This document shows positions 1 through 13,129 of a DNA stretch of 64,000 bases, one piece after another. The first letter of the stretch is position 1, and every line of letters begins with the position of its first letter. The notes below the pieces were generated by a model. It made no database searches. It saw nothing but the letters and a program-made list of their open reading frames with translations, and was not told where the DNA came from. The position numbers and the translations under genes are program-made. Source of the stretch: Octopus bimaculoides (taxonomy: Eukaryota); NCBI RefSeq assembly GCF_001194135.2, contig NC_069000.1:26361781-26425780 (forward strand). The letters run 5' to 3'.

Positions 1-502
1 CGGCTTTCGGAGAAAAACGAAATGATTAATACTTGATCTTTCCTTTCAAAGTTCGCTATACAAGTAGAATTTTATATAGGAACTCGGAAAATGAAATCTG
101 CTTCGTTTGTCATTGTTCAGCCTTTATTGAGTAGGATTATTATAGAAGGTTTTTCATCTAATTATCTCGTCTCTTAATGCAATAATGAATATAGGACTGC
201 ATTATCCTAGATACACAGCTCTAGCTGAGTGTAATCTCTCAGCTTAAAGTGACGGAAAAATATTAGATTTCATTTAAATACACTGCGAATGGCAGTATAT
301 ACATTTTTCTCAAGTTATCTTAGGAGATAGTGAGCATGGAAAACGCATTTCTTGATTAAGTAAATACTTGCCCTTTATTGTTGAATTCAGACTAGTAAAG
401 TCTGGAGTTCCGTTATTTTATTGAACTGCTCGAAATAGCTGCATGCACAAATTAATGTCTTCAGAAATGATCTTTATAGATCTTAGTTGTTTAGTCATGT
501 CT

Positions 503-1030
503 GTTGATCATGTTGTCGAGACGTCTCTTTTGTTAGCATTATCTCGAGTGATGACTGTTAAAGCGTATTAAGACCTTTTTCAGTTAAAAGTCGATTGAAT
601 ATACTTTCGTATATTTAAGAATTGGAATTTTGAAAAATGAAATGTTTTTTCACCACAGTTGTTTCGGTATTTGTCAATGTGTAATTAAAAACAAAAAAGA
701 CTGCTGTTATTTCTAGTAATTCTGAAAGATCGCCCGTCCATTCTTTCAAGCGTCACAAATCNNNNNNNNNNGTTGATCATGTTGTCGAGACGTCTCTTTT
801 GTTAGCATTATCTCGAGTGATGACTGTTAAAGCGTATTAAGACCTTTTTCAGTTAAAAGTCGATTGAATATACTTTCGTATATTTAAGAATTGGAATTTT
901 GAAAAATGAAATGTTTTTTCACCACAGTTGTTTCGGTATTTGTCAATGTGTAATTAAAAACAAAAAAGACTGCTGTTATTTCTAGTAATTCTGAAAGATC
1001 GCCCGTCCATTCTTTCAAGCGTCACAAATC
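503..1030. repeat. 259-bp direct duplication across a 10-N gap (503-761 and 772-1030); probable scaffolding artefact
   Basis: The two copies look identical by eye and abut the gap exactly. Confidence 0.85.
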
Positions 1031-1656
1031 TACGTAAGTATATTGGGTGCCCTTCCTATAAAAAACATTGATCATACAACATTCAGATGGCCTTAATATG
1101 ATCGTCCGACATGCCAGAGATAACAGCAAAGTCACCACCAAGCCATTCATAATAATAAGTTTTAATTCTTGTTTCTCTTTTAATTAGATCATTGAATTTT
1201 TGTCATGATTAAGTGGGTGGAGGGCAAGGGGGCGGGAAAATTTTTCATTTTGATCGTTGGCGAAATAACGAGTAGATTCTTATCTCCAAAAGCGTCTCCA
1301 TATTACTAAATACGGCGGTGGTAAAAAATACGCACACCACCCATTTTCGGCCTAACCCTAAACACCGGGAGTGCGTATTCTTTACTTTCATCCAAAATCT
1401 GTTGTCAAATGCGAGAGATAAAAAAAAAAATGGATGTGTATGTTCAACACCTCGGTGACTTTGTTATTTCTAGTACGTGGAGAGACCACATCCACACTCA
1501 TTTCATGCGTTGGGTTACAAATCACCTATGCATGCGAACTATCAAATGCGTTTGAAAGCATTTGGAATATTGGCGTAGAGGTTTTTTTTGTTTGTTTTTC
1601 GTTGAATGAATTTACGGTGACCTAATATGTCACAAAACTCTTGTGGGGGTGGAGTG

Positions 1657-1815
1657 GGGTGGAACCCTCGGAAACTTGTTTCCCAACCACATGGTTCCGG
1701 GTTCAGTCCCACTGCGTGGCACCTTGGGCAAGCATCTTCTACAATAACTTTGAGTCGACCAAATCCTTGTGAGTGGATTTGGTGGACGGAAACTGAAAGA
1801 AGCTCGTCGTATGTA
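1657..1815 (+). mobile_element. tRNA-derived SINE family B (CORE-like), 5' part only
   Basis: cccaaccacatggttccgggttcagtcccactgcgtggcaccttgggcaag...gacggaaactgaaagaagc. Has a B-box-like GGTTCAGTCCC; same family recurs across the window. Confidence 0.8.
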
Positions 1816-1974
1816 TTCTTTAACTCTTATTTATTGTGATTACTAAATCACATATTTAAATTGAAATTAAACTTTTATAGCATATTTTTGATCTCTCACC
1901 TTAATGTATAATCTTCCTGTGAAAACTAAAATTTTAACTTTATCCAACTCTTTTTTTTTTTTTTTGCTTTAGAG

Positions 1975-3888
1975 TTAAAAAATGCTAATTTTATAGTTTT
2001 AAATTCGCTTGGTATTGTTATCATAGCAATAAATAAAATGTCTTCCTCCTTAGTTCCTGAATATTTCGACAACTCTGCAACAACAATGATGAAGAATTTG
2101 ATCGTCTTTTACATACTGAGGTGAGATGGTTATCGAAAGGCAAGTGTTTGAAGCGATTTTATTCAACAGTCATACAATTTTTTTCAGGAGAGAAAATATG
2201 AGGATCTCTTAGCTTGCAAATGTGACATTGCCTACTTAACAGATTCATTCAATATATTCAGTGATTGAAATTTGCAATTGCAAGGCAGTGATATAAATTT
2301 TATCAAAGCAAGACCTCTTCATTTATTGTGACCATTTGAAATCTTGGTGGACACTGAGGGAAAATGGCTGTAACTTTTTTATTTTTTAATTTTGGCGATT
2401 CCCCCTAAAAAATAATTTTGGACCCAACTCCCCCCCCCACAGGGGGGGTATTTATTATTTTATTTAGGCGATTTTCATTTTTGACATTGTGTTCTACATG
2501 TCCAGGTCGTACCCTAACCCTAACTCCCCTTATTTATTTAATTTTTTTTAGGGAAGCCCACGTTTTAGGTTATGGAGATTCCGATTCTGAAAAAAAATTG
2601 TTTGAAAAATTTCAATTCCCCGCCCCACCAAGCAGGCTATTTACATGCTAGAAATAACAGCCAAATCTGGTTAGGGTTAGGTTTACCCTAACCCTAACTC
2701 AAAACCTAACCCTAACCCCGTTTGCCAAAGCGCATTTTTTCCTTCATATTTATTTCATATAAGGTGCACTTCAACTACTACACTATTTTTTTTCCACTTA
2801 AAGACGGGGGAGGGGTAATCGAAATTTTGAATTTGAGATTTTTGAAAATTTTTTTTTCAGAATCGGAATCTCCATAGCCTNNNNNNNNNNNNNNNNNNNN
2901 NNNNNNNNNNNNNNNNNNNNNNNNNNNNNNNNNNNNNNNNNNNNNNNNNNNNNNNNNNNNNNNNNNNNNNNNNNNNNNNNNNNNNNNNNNNNNNNNNNNN
3001 NNNNNNNNNNNNNNNNNNNNNNNNNNNNNNNNNNNNNNNNNNNNNNNNNNNNNNNNNNNNNNNNNNNNNNNNNNNNNNNNNNNNNNNNNNNNNNNNNNNN
3101 NNNNNNNNNNNNNNNNNNNNNNNNNNNNNGGGGGAATCGCATGACCGTGACATATAGAACACATTATCGAAAACGAAAATCGCCAAAATTAAAAAATAAA
3201 AAAGTTACAGCCATTTTCCCTCAGTGTCTAATTCCAATGTCCACCGAAATCTTTGCATGACGACATGAGCTGTAGATGTCAGGACCTCATTAATATGGAA
3301 ATACCTGACTGGTTAATAAACCCATTTATTGATGATTATACAAATGAAGCTGACTCTATGATACAAGAGGTGTTAATAACTTTTAAAAAAAGACTTTGAA
3401 TTGATGCCCCTCTTCAAAAAATCATACCAGCAATTCTGGCTACACAAAGAAATTTCTGAAAGATATGTAAAGCTGTGGGAAGCCGTCAAACTTTTCTTCA
3501 CTGCTTTTCCAACTTCCTGTATGGCTGAATGTGGGTTCAATGCAGTTTACACAGCTTCTAACTATACAAAGAAACCGCCTGCAAATTACAAAATGAGATC
3601 TACAATAACTTCTAAGCAGCATGGAACCTCGTAAACACCAAAGTCAACCATCACATTGAAAGCATTGAGATAAACAATCAAATAAAAGTTGTTTTGTTTT
3701 TGCATTTTTATCAATGGCATTTATAACAGAAATTAAGACAATATTAAAATTACTTTTGCACTAATACCTAAGCATTATCTTTCTATATAAGATGAATTCA
3801 GTATCTTATTTGAAATTTAATTTGACAGGGGAGCATTGACAAAAAAGATTGCTCCCAAAGCTGGCTGAAAATAGGTTGGGAAACCCTG
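1975..3888 (+). mobile_element. Decayed hAT (Charlie/Buster-type) transposon, 3' half, interrupted by a MITE at 2346-3245
   Basis: Translates to FRQLCNNNDEEFDRL-HTEVRWLSKGKCLKRFYS, then YCDHLKSLHDDM once the MITE is removed, then WEAVKLFFTAFPTSCMAECGFNAV (hAT dimerisation domain). Ends ttgggaaaccctg at 3888, followed by ctcTAagg (nnnTAnnn target pattern). Confidence 0.88.
2346..3245. mobile_element. Non-autonomous TIR element (GG...CC termini, 8-bp TSD; Merlin-like by inference) with an internal gap
   Basis: TSD GAAATCTT at 2338-2345 and 3246-3253. Termini GGTGGAC...GTCCACC. A 51-bp perfect inverted repeat lies at 2350-2400 / 3178-3228. Internal inverted GG(T/C)TATGGAGATTCCGATTCTGAAAAAAAA modules and CCCTAA arrays. 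Confidence 0.85.
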
Positions 3889-4154
3889 CTCTAAGGAGTA
3901 GAGCTTACAGCTATACTGATGCAGGATGGACAATCTAGCTGAAGCTTTCTTTCCAAAATGTCCTTGACCTCCAGTACAAAATAAAAGCACATTTCCAAAA
4001 TAGCTGACACTACATTCACATATATTTTATTGTTTACTAATAAATGTCGAAATATCTACAGGAGTTACAGATTTCTCATAGAGACTAAATAATCCACTAT
4101 CAACAAGCAAAACAACACTTCATAAATGTTATATAAACACTAACAATTGTTTTA

Positions 4155-4471
4155 TCTTTTACTTGTTTCAGGTATCAGACTGCAGCCATGCAGAATTTTT
4201 AGTAAAATGAATCAATTTCAGTATTTTTTTTTAAACCTAGTACTTATTCTGTCAGTGGTTTTTTTTTTTGCCAAACTGCTAAATTACAAGGATGTAAGCA
4301 CACCAACACCAGTTGTCAAGTGGTAGTAGGGGACAAACAGATATATATGCAACTGGTTTCTTTTAGCTTGTCAACCAAATCTACTAATAAGGCTTTGGTT
4401 GGCCCAAGGTTCCACACAGTGGGATTGAACCTGGAAGCATATGGTTGGGAGCGAACTTCTTACCATACACC
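4155..4471 (-). mobile_element. SINE family B, near full length
   Basis: Reverse complement of the family B head, body and 3' end (...ctgaaacaagtaaaaga). Confidence 0.8.
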
Positions 4472-5025
4472 TGTTGACAATTTACAATTAAAAAAAAATT
4501 TGTGGTGTGTTATTTATCCAAAGCTCAGTTTTATTTCATATATTATGTTGCTTTTGCTTTGTACCAAAAATCAAGGATATTTTCAAGACATACAGTTTCA
4601 TCAAGATTATTCCAGGTTGCATTTTCACTTCACATTTGTCTCTACAGATCTTCCACATTCCTTTTATATATTACCAATTCCTTTAAATCCTCAGTGGTAG
4701 ATTGTTCTCATTCCATTATCCATATCAGAGGTTTTAGTATTATACATGTGATGCTGCTTGCACCAGAATATATACCAACTGGCTGGCCCTAGAATTGAAT
4801 TCATACCCACCAAGTGAACTTCACTTGACGTTTAAAGTGTTGTTTACCTGCAGGCCATTAGTTCTATAGTTCCTAGACTAATTCAGGACTTACATGAGAC
4901 AAAATAATGCAAATTATAGTTTAGTTCTAGTTTAAGTTCTGTCAATGAGGAGGTTCTAGTCTCTGATGAGTGATCAACAGTAAAATATCAGGACACTCTT
5001 GTATAAAGACAATAATAATGATTTC

Positions 5026-5231
5026 AATTTTTTGCCACAAGGGCAGCTTGGGGAAGGGGGATTAAGTCGATTACATCAACCCCAATGTTTCACTGGTAAT
5101 AAATTTATCAACCCCGAAAGGATGAAAAGCAAAGTCAACCATGGCAAAATTTGAACTCAGAACATAGTGATGGATGAAATACTGCTAAGCATTCTGTCCA
5201 GCGTGCTAATGATACTGCCAGCTCGCCGCCC
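5026..5231 (-). mobile_element. tRNA-derived SINE family A
   Basis: Minus strand ggcggcgagctggcag...tgagttcaaatt...ctttcatcctttcggggttgataaattt. A/B-box-like head; same family as 14699-14915. Confidence 0.85.
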
Positions 5232-5339
5232 TCACAAACACAATATATATTCACAACTGTCTCCATTCCATTGGAAAAGTCTTAAAACCTGTTAAGTATT
5301 TTATCTTAAGTTTTCTAACAGACACTGCTGTGCATATTG

Positions 5340-6658
5340 TATTATTTTCAATCATGAAAATATGCAGAAAACAACTCTGGCCACATTCCAGGGAGAAAAA
5401 CTAGACTTAGTTGATAGCTTCCGCTATCTAAGTGCTAGAATAAGAGTAGCCTGGGCAAAGTTCAGAGAGCTCTTACCTCTGCTCGTGACAAGGGGCCTCT
5501 CACTCAGAGTAAAAGGCAGACTGTATGACGCATGTGTACGAACAGCCATGCTTCATGGCAGTGAAACATGGGTCATGACTGCTGAGGACATGCGTAGGCT
5601 CGCAAGGAATGAAGTCAGTATGCTCTAATGGATGTGTAATGTCAGTGTACATACTTGAGAGAAAAATTGAACCTAAGAAGCATCAGTTGTGGTGTGCAAG
5701 AGAGACGATTGCACTGGTATGGACATGTGGCGAGAATGGATGAGGATAGCTGTGTGAAAAAGNNNNNNNNNNNNNNNNNNNNNNNNNNNNNNNNNNNNNN
5801 NNNNNNNNNNNNNNNNNNNNNNNNNNNNNNNNNNNNNNNNNNNNNNNNNNNNNNNNNNNNNNNNNNNNNNNNNNNNNNNNNNNNNNNNNNNNNNNNNNNN
5901 NNNNNNNNNNNNNNNNNNNNNNNNNNNNNNNNNNNNNNNNNNNNNNNNNNNNNNNNNNNNNNNNNNNNNNNNNNNNNNNNNNNNNNNNNNNNNNNNNNNN
6001 NNNNNNNNNNNNNNNNNNNNNNNNNNNNNNNNNNNNNNNNNNNNNNNNNNNNNNNNNNNNNNNNNNNNNNNNNNNNNNNNNNNNNNNNNNNNNNNNNNNN
6101 NNNNNNNNNNNNNNNNNNNNNNNNNNNNNNNNNNNNNNNNNNNNNNNNNNNNNNNNNNNNNNNNNNNNNNNNNNNNNNNNNNNNNNNNNNNNNNNNNNNN
6201 NNNNNNNNNNNNNNNNNNNNNNNNNNNNNNNNNNNNNNNNNNNNNNNNNNNNNNNNNNNNNNNNNNNNNNNNNNNNNNNNNNNNNNNNNNNNNNNNNNNN
6301 NNNNNNNNNNNNNNNNNNNNNNNNNNNNNNNNNNNNNNNNNNNNNNNNNNNNNNNNNNNNNNNNNNNNAAAGACATTCAAGCGAGATCGTTGCCAGTGCT
6401 GCTGGACTGGCGGCATGTAAAATACACCATTTTGAGCATGGCCGTTGCCAGTACTGCCTGACTGGCTTTCGTGCCGGTGGCATGTAAAAGCACCCACTAC
6501 ACTCTCGGAGTGGTTGGCGTTAGGAAGGGCATCCACCTGTAGAAACTCTGCCAGATCAGATTGGAGCCTGGTGTAGCCATCTGGTTTCACCAGTCCTCAG
6601 TCAAATCGTCCAACCCATGCTAGCATGGAAAGCAGACATTAAACGATGATGATGATGT
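5340..6658 (+). mobile_element. RTE-clade LINE, 3' fragment (ORF end, 3'UTR, (GAT)n tail), spanning an N-gap
   Basis: ORFs 5362..5628 and 5655 onward: ARIRVAWAKFRELLPLL..KGRLYDACVRTAMLHGSETW..RRLHWYGHVARM. Tail ...gcatggaaagcagacattaaacgatgatgatgat. Confidence 0.9.
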
Positions 6659-6865
6659 TAAGGCAGCATTGTCAGCATGCCAGACAAAATGCTTAGCAGC
6701 ATTTCGTCCATGTTTATGTTTTGAGTCTAAATTCCACTGAGGTTGACCTTGCCTTTCACCTTTTCAGGGTCAATAAGATAAGTACCAGTTGAGCACTAGG
6801 GTAGATGTAATTGACTTACATTCTTCCTCAAAATTGCTAGCCTTATGCCAAAATTTGAAATCATT
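6659..6865 (+). mobile_element. SINE family A abutting the RTE (GAT)n tail
   Basis: aaatgcttagc...gaggttgaccttgcctttcaccttttcagggtcaataagataagtaccag...caaaatttgaaatc. Confidence 0.8.
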
Positions 6866-7235
6866 ATATAATCCTGTTGCTAACAAATGTGTGGTATACA
6901 CATTAATCAGCCTTTTAAATCTATGTTCTAGCTTTCATCTGATTTAAATAGCAAATTGCTATAAATTTTCTTTGTAGGCAGTGAATGAAGGAATACTTGT
7001 CCTTTGGTGATGAACTAAACATTAAACATAGGACAATTTCTTTATCTTTCTCTGTATGAAGGAGATTGAAAGATGTCTAAAATTCCACAGGGTTAAGTTT
7101 AAAAATTATAGTTTTACTTTAAATTTATCATAGGGTTTCTAATATATGTTGCTGGGCAAAGTTAAGTTAATATTTATGTTATATCATTGTATTTTCTAGG
7201 TTATAGTGCATGTATATTCTTCTATGTGTATCTTT

Positions 7236-7535
7236 TATCTTTTGTTTCAGTCATTAGAATTGCGGAATTTTTTTTTTTCGTCAAATGAATCAACAGTACT
7301 TATTTTATCAATCCACTTTGCTGAACCACTAATTTATGAGGATGTAAACACACTAAATCCAGTTTCCAAGCTGTGGTGGGGGACAAAGAGACACAAATAT
7401 ATTACATATACAATAGGCTTCTTTCAGTTTCCATCTACCAAATTCACTTACAAGGCTGTAGTAGAAGACACTTATCCAAGGTGCCATGCAGTGGGACTGA
7501 ACCTGGTACCATGTGATTGGGAAGCTTCTAAATGA
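7236..7535 (-). mobile_element. SINE family B (degenerate)
   Basis: tagtagaagacacttatccaaggtgccatgcagtgggactgaacc is the reverse complement of the family B head. Confidence 0.75.
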
Positions 7536-7769
7536 AATTGACAAATTTCTTCCTCCTAAAATTGCTGATCTTCTGCCAAAATTTGAAACAATTACCATCA
7601 TTTACAACTAGGTCTTCAGATTCTGCTTATGTTACATTCACAGAAATAGGCTATGTTAATTACATCAATTATAGAATAAAAAGTTTTTGCTTTTAATGCT
7701 ATAACTGAAATTCTTTGAGTGTAGGACTAACTTGCAGATGCCTGATCAAAAAATATCAGGGCTAGTGCT

Positions 7770-8460
7770 ATAAAAAATGACAACACATATCAATTTGGGA
7801 TTTAATCACCTTTGAAGTTGTCCCCTTCTGAAAGCACACACTTCATCCAGTGTCGTTTTCTTTGGTGGAAGCATTCCTGAAACTGCATTTTTGGGATAGC
7901 GAGCAGCTGTCTCATTAATTTCCTTGACTTCTTGAAATCTTGTTCCTTTCAAGTGGGATTTAATTTTTAAAAGGGGAAAAAGTTGCAAGAGGTGAGACCT
8001 GGGGAAGGTTGTGCTGAGACAGAAACTGCTGCACAAGATATGATGAATGGGCAGGCAAGTTTTTATAGCGGAGTTACCCCTCACTGGATGCATACAATTC
8101 TGTCCTGTTCCAACAAACTGAACTGTAACTACGTCATTCGACAACTCACACACACTCATTCAACAGTCTTTCTGAACAGCTGTATGCACATCGGCTATGT
8201 TTTCATCAGTTCTGCTGGTGTCCTAGAACATATGTTATGGTCAACATTTTGTTGGCCATCTTGGAAATGTGTGAGCCACTCATATACTTTCTGCATATTT
8301 CCATAGGTCTCTGTGTAGGTATCAACAAGTTTTTGGCAAAATTTGATGCAAATTTTCAGCCACAGTCACTAATGGAATCTGTGCTGTGGCATGACAACCA
8401 CACTCTACATGTTTCACTTCCAAGCACAGCTATAAATGATGAAAATGGGTGAGAATGTTA
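7770..8460 (-). mobile_element. Decayed mariner (DD34D-type) transposase fragment
   Basis: ORF 7806..8159 ends FPLLKIKSHLKGTRFQEVKEI..(W)MKCVLSEGDNF(K)GD. The upstream piece resembles the mariner HTH region (ETYGNMQKVY..EWLTHFQDG). Confidence 0.75.
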
Positions 8461-9224
8461 TAACTTAGTGTGCATAGACAACAGAGTTCAAAGTCAATTT
8501 GTGCAAAGTAGCTTCACTCTGTTTACTTTAGCTCCTTGTATTCTGAGTTCTTGGTTGGCAGACTTAATGTCATCTAGCTTAACATAACAAACAGTCTTGG
8601 GTACAGAGCCTATTATGTTGCGTGTATTCCGGTCAAATCACTGGTTTGAGGATAACACGTCTACTCATCATCTTGGAAGTCCTTGAAATGATGATTTAAA
8701 CACACAGAGAGTGCAAGGAATATTTGAGGATACTTTATCAGTCTAATGTTATTTTCAAACTGAAACCAATTAAAAGGAATTTACTTCTTTCAGATTCCCT
8801 ATAGCAGATAAAATACCAACAAAAGAAATATAAAAGTTATGCAATCATTGTTGCCACATGTGTGGAACACAGAATTTAGAAATTGCCATCTCTCTAAATG
8901 CAGCAAGATCTTTTGTACATAAAGATCAGATGTAATTGGAAGCCTCTGATGAGAATGTTTCAATTGTATCAAAGAGGAAAAAAAAAAAAACAACATTCTG
9001 GCCATTCAGACACAATAACTCATCCAAACAGGTTCAAAATACTATTGATGATGATGCTGGAAAACTCAATGAGGGCCTAAACCAGGAGTGGACTATCTGC
9101 ACTGTGTGCCGAGGAAACTTAAATTAATGTTTGCAAAGACAAAAGTAAAAAAAAAAATTAAAAAAATCTAACTTAAAAACCTCCATGAACATGATATACT
9201 TTGGTTCTTCTCTCATAAGAAAAA

Positions 9225-9650
9225 CTTTGATCAAGGTACCCCAGGGTGATGTACACTAAGTTTCCAGCAAGTGTGATGTTTTTAAGAGTGGTGAGTAACA
9301 AAGATTGTCATGCCACCTCACATCTTTCTACAGGGTCTTAGAATTAATGCTGCAGAATATACTAAGGTGCCCATTGTTAAGCCCTGGATGTATGAAGTAC
9401 ATCGTGGAAGGCTGAATGTTTCAAAAAGACTCAGCACCTTACAAAGCTCATGTATCTCAAGAATGGATGTCAAGACACTTTCTGCGATTATGCAAAATAA
9501 AAACTTGTGGCCTCCAAACTCACCATATTCAAATCTCATGATTACAACATTTAGAGCATTGTTGAAAAGGAGGCTAATTAATATCCTAACACTACATGAG
9601 CTCGGTGATATACGGAATAAATGATGACCATTTTGTGCAAGCAAAGAGAC
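9225..9650 (+). mobile_element. Tc1/mariner (maT/DD37D-like) transposase fragment
   Basis: TKFPASVMF..VMPPHIFLQGLRINAAEYTKV..IVKPWM..VFQKDSAP. Related to 30526-31371. Confidence 0.75.
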
Positions 9651-9707
9651 TTCCTATCAAGAGAATGAGTACAGATTTTTATTGAAATACATCTGATTTT
9701 TGCTAGA

Positions 9708-10925
9708 TTACTGTAAAAACCCATGTAATTTACACACTTTTTTCGCAAAAATAAAAATAAACTTTAGGGGGTGCGTAAATTACATGAGTAGATCATTTCC
9801 AGAATTTTTTGAAATTTTTTTTTTGTTGAAAAAAGACGTACAAAACGTAAATATTCGTACCAGAAGTTGACTCATTTAATGTCAGAATAAGTTTTTACAG
9901 AAAAAAATAATGGCTTAAATATAACGGAGTTGATTTTTATTTATGCTGGACGGTATAATGCTTACTTTTTCTGTATAAATTTACTAAAACCATTAAATGG
10001 TTAACTACTTTTTGAAGTCTGACGTTCATGCTGGTAAACACAGTCCAGGCCATATTTTACATTGCTCGGAGTTTCTACCTATAACAATGGAGCACCATTG
10101 ACATACATAGTGATATAGATAATCTTGATTGTATGTTTTTATTTTTGTCTGTTTATTACTAGGCACAGTTTTGTCATACTGTTTACACCAATTTCGAACA
10201 TTGGTTTCATTAACATTAAAATACCTTCTGGTAGCTCTACTGTCATATTCAAATTCATATTCAACACATTTAATTTCTCCTTTACATTAAACAATGCATA
10301 AGTTCTGCCCATACTGACAATAATGGTAATGACAAATTTTAAAGTTTGGTTAACACATATAAATGTGAAGGGGATTAAAATTTTGATACTCCGTATCAAA
10401 GGTTCCAGCAAGAATAGGCAGAAAAGAATTCTGTTTACATAATCAGTTTGATCGGTCACTTTCCTCTGTCAGTTGAATAGAGTGTTATTCAAGCTGATAT
10501 TTATTGGTAATTGCAACACCTGTGTGTATATATCAGCTTTGTTTTTGTTAGTAATTCTTAACAACTTTTCCTGTGATCATGATTTGAGAAGACATACAGC
10601 AGTATGCTAAAGATCGGACATAATCTCTTGTGGGCACGAAATGTAAAACAAAGTTTATTACAAACAACACAAACATTTTGTAATTTAATAACTTTCAATG
10701 TGATACCTGTTAAACAGAAACTATTTTTATTTATTGAACATTTAATAAAATCTAATCCTAAGTGAAATGATGCTAAATACAACTAAAACCTTTTCCCCCT
10801 GGCTATATTGGCAATTCTGAAAACTTTTGGGTGTGAATTTTACACAAGTAGAAGCTTTAACAAATATTATCCTGAAAATCACCTGCGTAAATTACACAGG
10901 TGTGCAAATTACATGAGTTTTATTC
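9708..10925. mobile_element. Non-autonomous TIR element (pogo/Tigger-like by inference)
   Basis: Left end tactgtaaaaacccatgtaatttacacac; right end reverse complement ...taaaactcatgtaatttgcacac. Repeated gtaaattaca(t/c) subterminal motifs at both ends. Confidence 0.55.
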
Positions 10926-12005
10926 ATTGAGTCTGTAACATCGGCCGTTCGATTTCTTCTTCGCATGCACCTACACGCCATTGCTCACGCAGTTTGGTCG
11001 ACCTAGTCGCACATGCCTTTCGCGCTCGCTTGCAGGTTTCCTCGTTTTTCTTTCGTCTATTCACAAAAGGCTGCAGGTTGATTACAGAGCTGACACCATT
11101 GACAAGAGCAATGCACACAGGTGAAGAAGTTCAAAGTGGAAACCAGGATACTTGAACTTTTTCAATCAAGATTCAAGAGTTGGATAGTACCATTGCATAG
11201 AGGAAGGGTTACTCTCCCAACACATACAATCTGAATGCAATATGTCAGTTACACATACTTTTGCATTACTTCTGGTACAAACCCTGTGATGAAAGTTTCT
11301 CAATTCACTATATTTAGCATGTTTGTGTTAAAAAATGTTCTGGCATGAAATGACTCAGATGCAATAGCAAATTGCATTTGCTGTGCTGTAGACTGCCCTC
11401 CCTCTATATACACACATGATGTCACAAGCCATTAACAGAGGTGTAAGATGATAATACTGCACTGGTATGGGTATGTACGGGATGTAAATTGAAATACACT
11501 AAGTGACCAATTACTTTTAAATTGATAAGTTAAGGTACTGAGGACAGGGAAGATGTACTTGGAAAGATGTATTTAAGTTGGGTGTGAGGATACTGGCATT
11601 CAGATGAAATGCTGTACCTAACTCATGACAGCTCAAACAGCTACACATTGAATTAACAATGTATATATGACACCTATCTCACATCTACTGAAAAACCAAT
11701 ATGGAAGTTACATTGTGGTTTTCAGATTAAAAAGTTAATTCCTTTGACAATGAAACAAAATGAAATATCACTTAACTGTGTATATAGTATTTCAGGAAAA
11801 TGTTATGTGCTTATTAGTTTTAGAATTCTTTTAAACATGAGGGGCACAGTAATCCACAATTCATTTTGTATTAGTTCAAACATAAAGGATGGTGGTATGG
11901 TTGATGGTAAATATCAGTATGGGGTGGGAAGAGAGTAAAATAAAAGTGGCTTGGGAAAAAGGTGATAAGTGGCAGTATAATAAACCTGTATTCAGGGAGG
12001 TGGTG

Positions 12006-12009
<4 letters not shown>

Positions 12010-12039
<30 letters not shown>
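12010..12039. repeat. (GA)n microsatellite; other simple repeats: (GA)n 21358-21378, (TG)n 15710-15726 and 63950-63972, (CA)n 32718-32738, poly-A 40127-40164, (TA)n 57146-57189 and 63706-63731
   Basis: Directly visible; boundaries approximate. Confidence 0.9.
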
Positions 12040-12042
<3 letters not shown>

Positions 12043-12492
12043 GTACAGACAGAGATGGAAGTCAGAAGGGGTGATTGCAGTGGGAAGACCATCAACAGTA
12101 GATATGAGATTATGTTGAGAATGATAGTAGATAACAGGTATTAACCCTACCACGCTATGTTTCTAGTAAAGTGGGAAAAGCATAAATGTAATCTACCAAA
12201 TTTCCATTAAAGTGGAAACCAATACACCTAAAAAAAGAAGATAAAATATTAAAAATAGACAGCCTGTCATGTTACAGCTTTGTAGTGAAGTGTGTTTATG
12301 ACTCATTGTTGATAGTGTACCCCATAGCTACTGTTTTTGTTTTCAATCGGATGAAAAAAATAAATTCTTTTGCAATGAAATTAGCACGTGATAAACCCAG
12401 CACTTCATCTGGTAAACAAGCAACAAAGTCAGTAGGGTATTAAACTGTAGTTAGGCCTTTTTTCAATAAAAGTTAACGTTTAACAGATTAAC

Positions 12493-12830
12493 TCTTACTT
12501 GTTTCAGTCATTAGACTATGGCCATGCTGGGGCACCACCTTGAATTTTTAGTCAAATGAATTAACCCCAGTACTTATTCTATCTTTTTTGCCAAACCACT
12601 AAGTTACTGGGATGCAGGCACACCAACACCAGTTGTCAAGTGGTACAAGCACAGACACAATGACACATATGATGAACTTTTTCCAATTTCTGTCTACCAA
12701 ATCCACTCGCAAAGCTTTGGTTGGCCTGAGGATATAGTAGAAGTCACTTGTCCAAGGTGCCATGCTGTGGGACTGAAAACGGAATCATGTGGTTGGGAAG
12801 CAAGCTTCTTACCACAGAGCCACACTTGCA
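12493..12830 (-). mobile_element. SINE family B, near full length
   Basis: Reverse complement of the family B consensus, including tggctctgtggtaagaagcttgcttcccaaccac. Confidence 0.85.
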
Positions 12831-13129
12831 CCTTGAGGAAATTATTGATATTTATTCTTCAGATGAAAAGTTTACCCTTATGCAAACAATGAGTGATTTA
12901 GGCAATCAAACTGATGAAAGTGATGAAGAAAGTAGCGATCTGAGTGAACAAACAAGGTGATTGAGAGACAGGCCTATTACTATTATTCCGTTTATTAGTT
13001 TTCCTGCAATGATTACTCAAGTTGCGGATAGAATTATTTACCTTTTTGTTCAGGAGCCCAGGTGGAGGGTAAAATTAGTCACAGGGGCCCAGGTCTGAGA
13101 GGGTTAAAGACAAAGCATAGTAGTTCTAT

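Noticed and set aside
503-1030. Tandem 259-bp duplication as a real segmental duplication
   Set aside because: The copies look identical and abut a 10-N placeholder gap exactly, typical of unmerged contig overlap.
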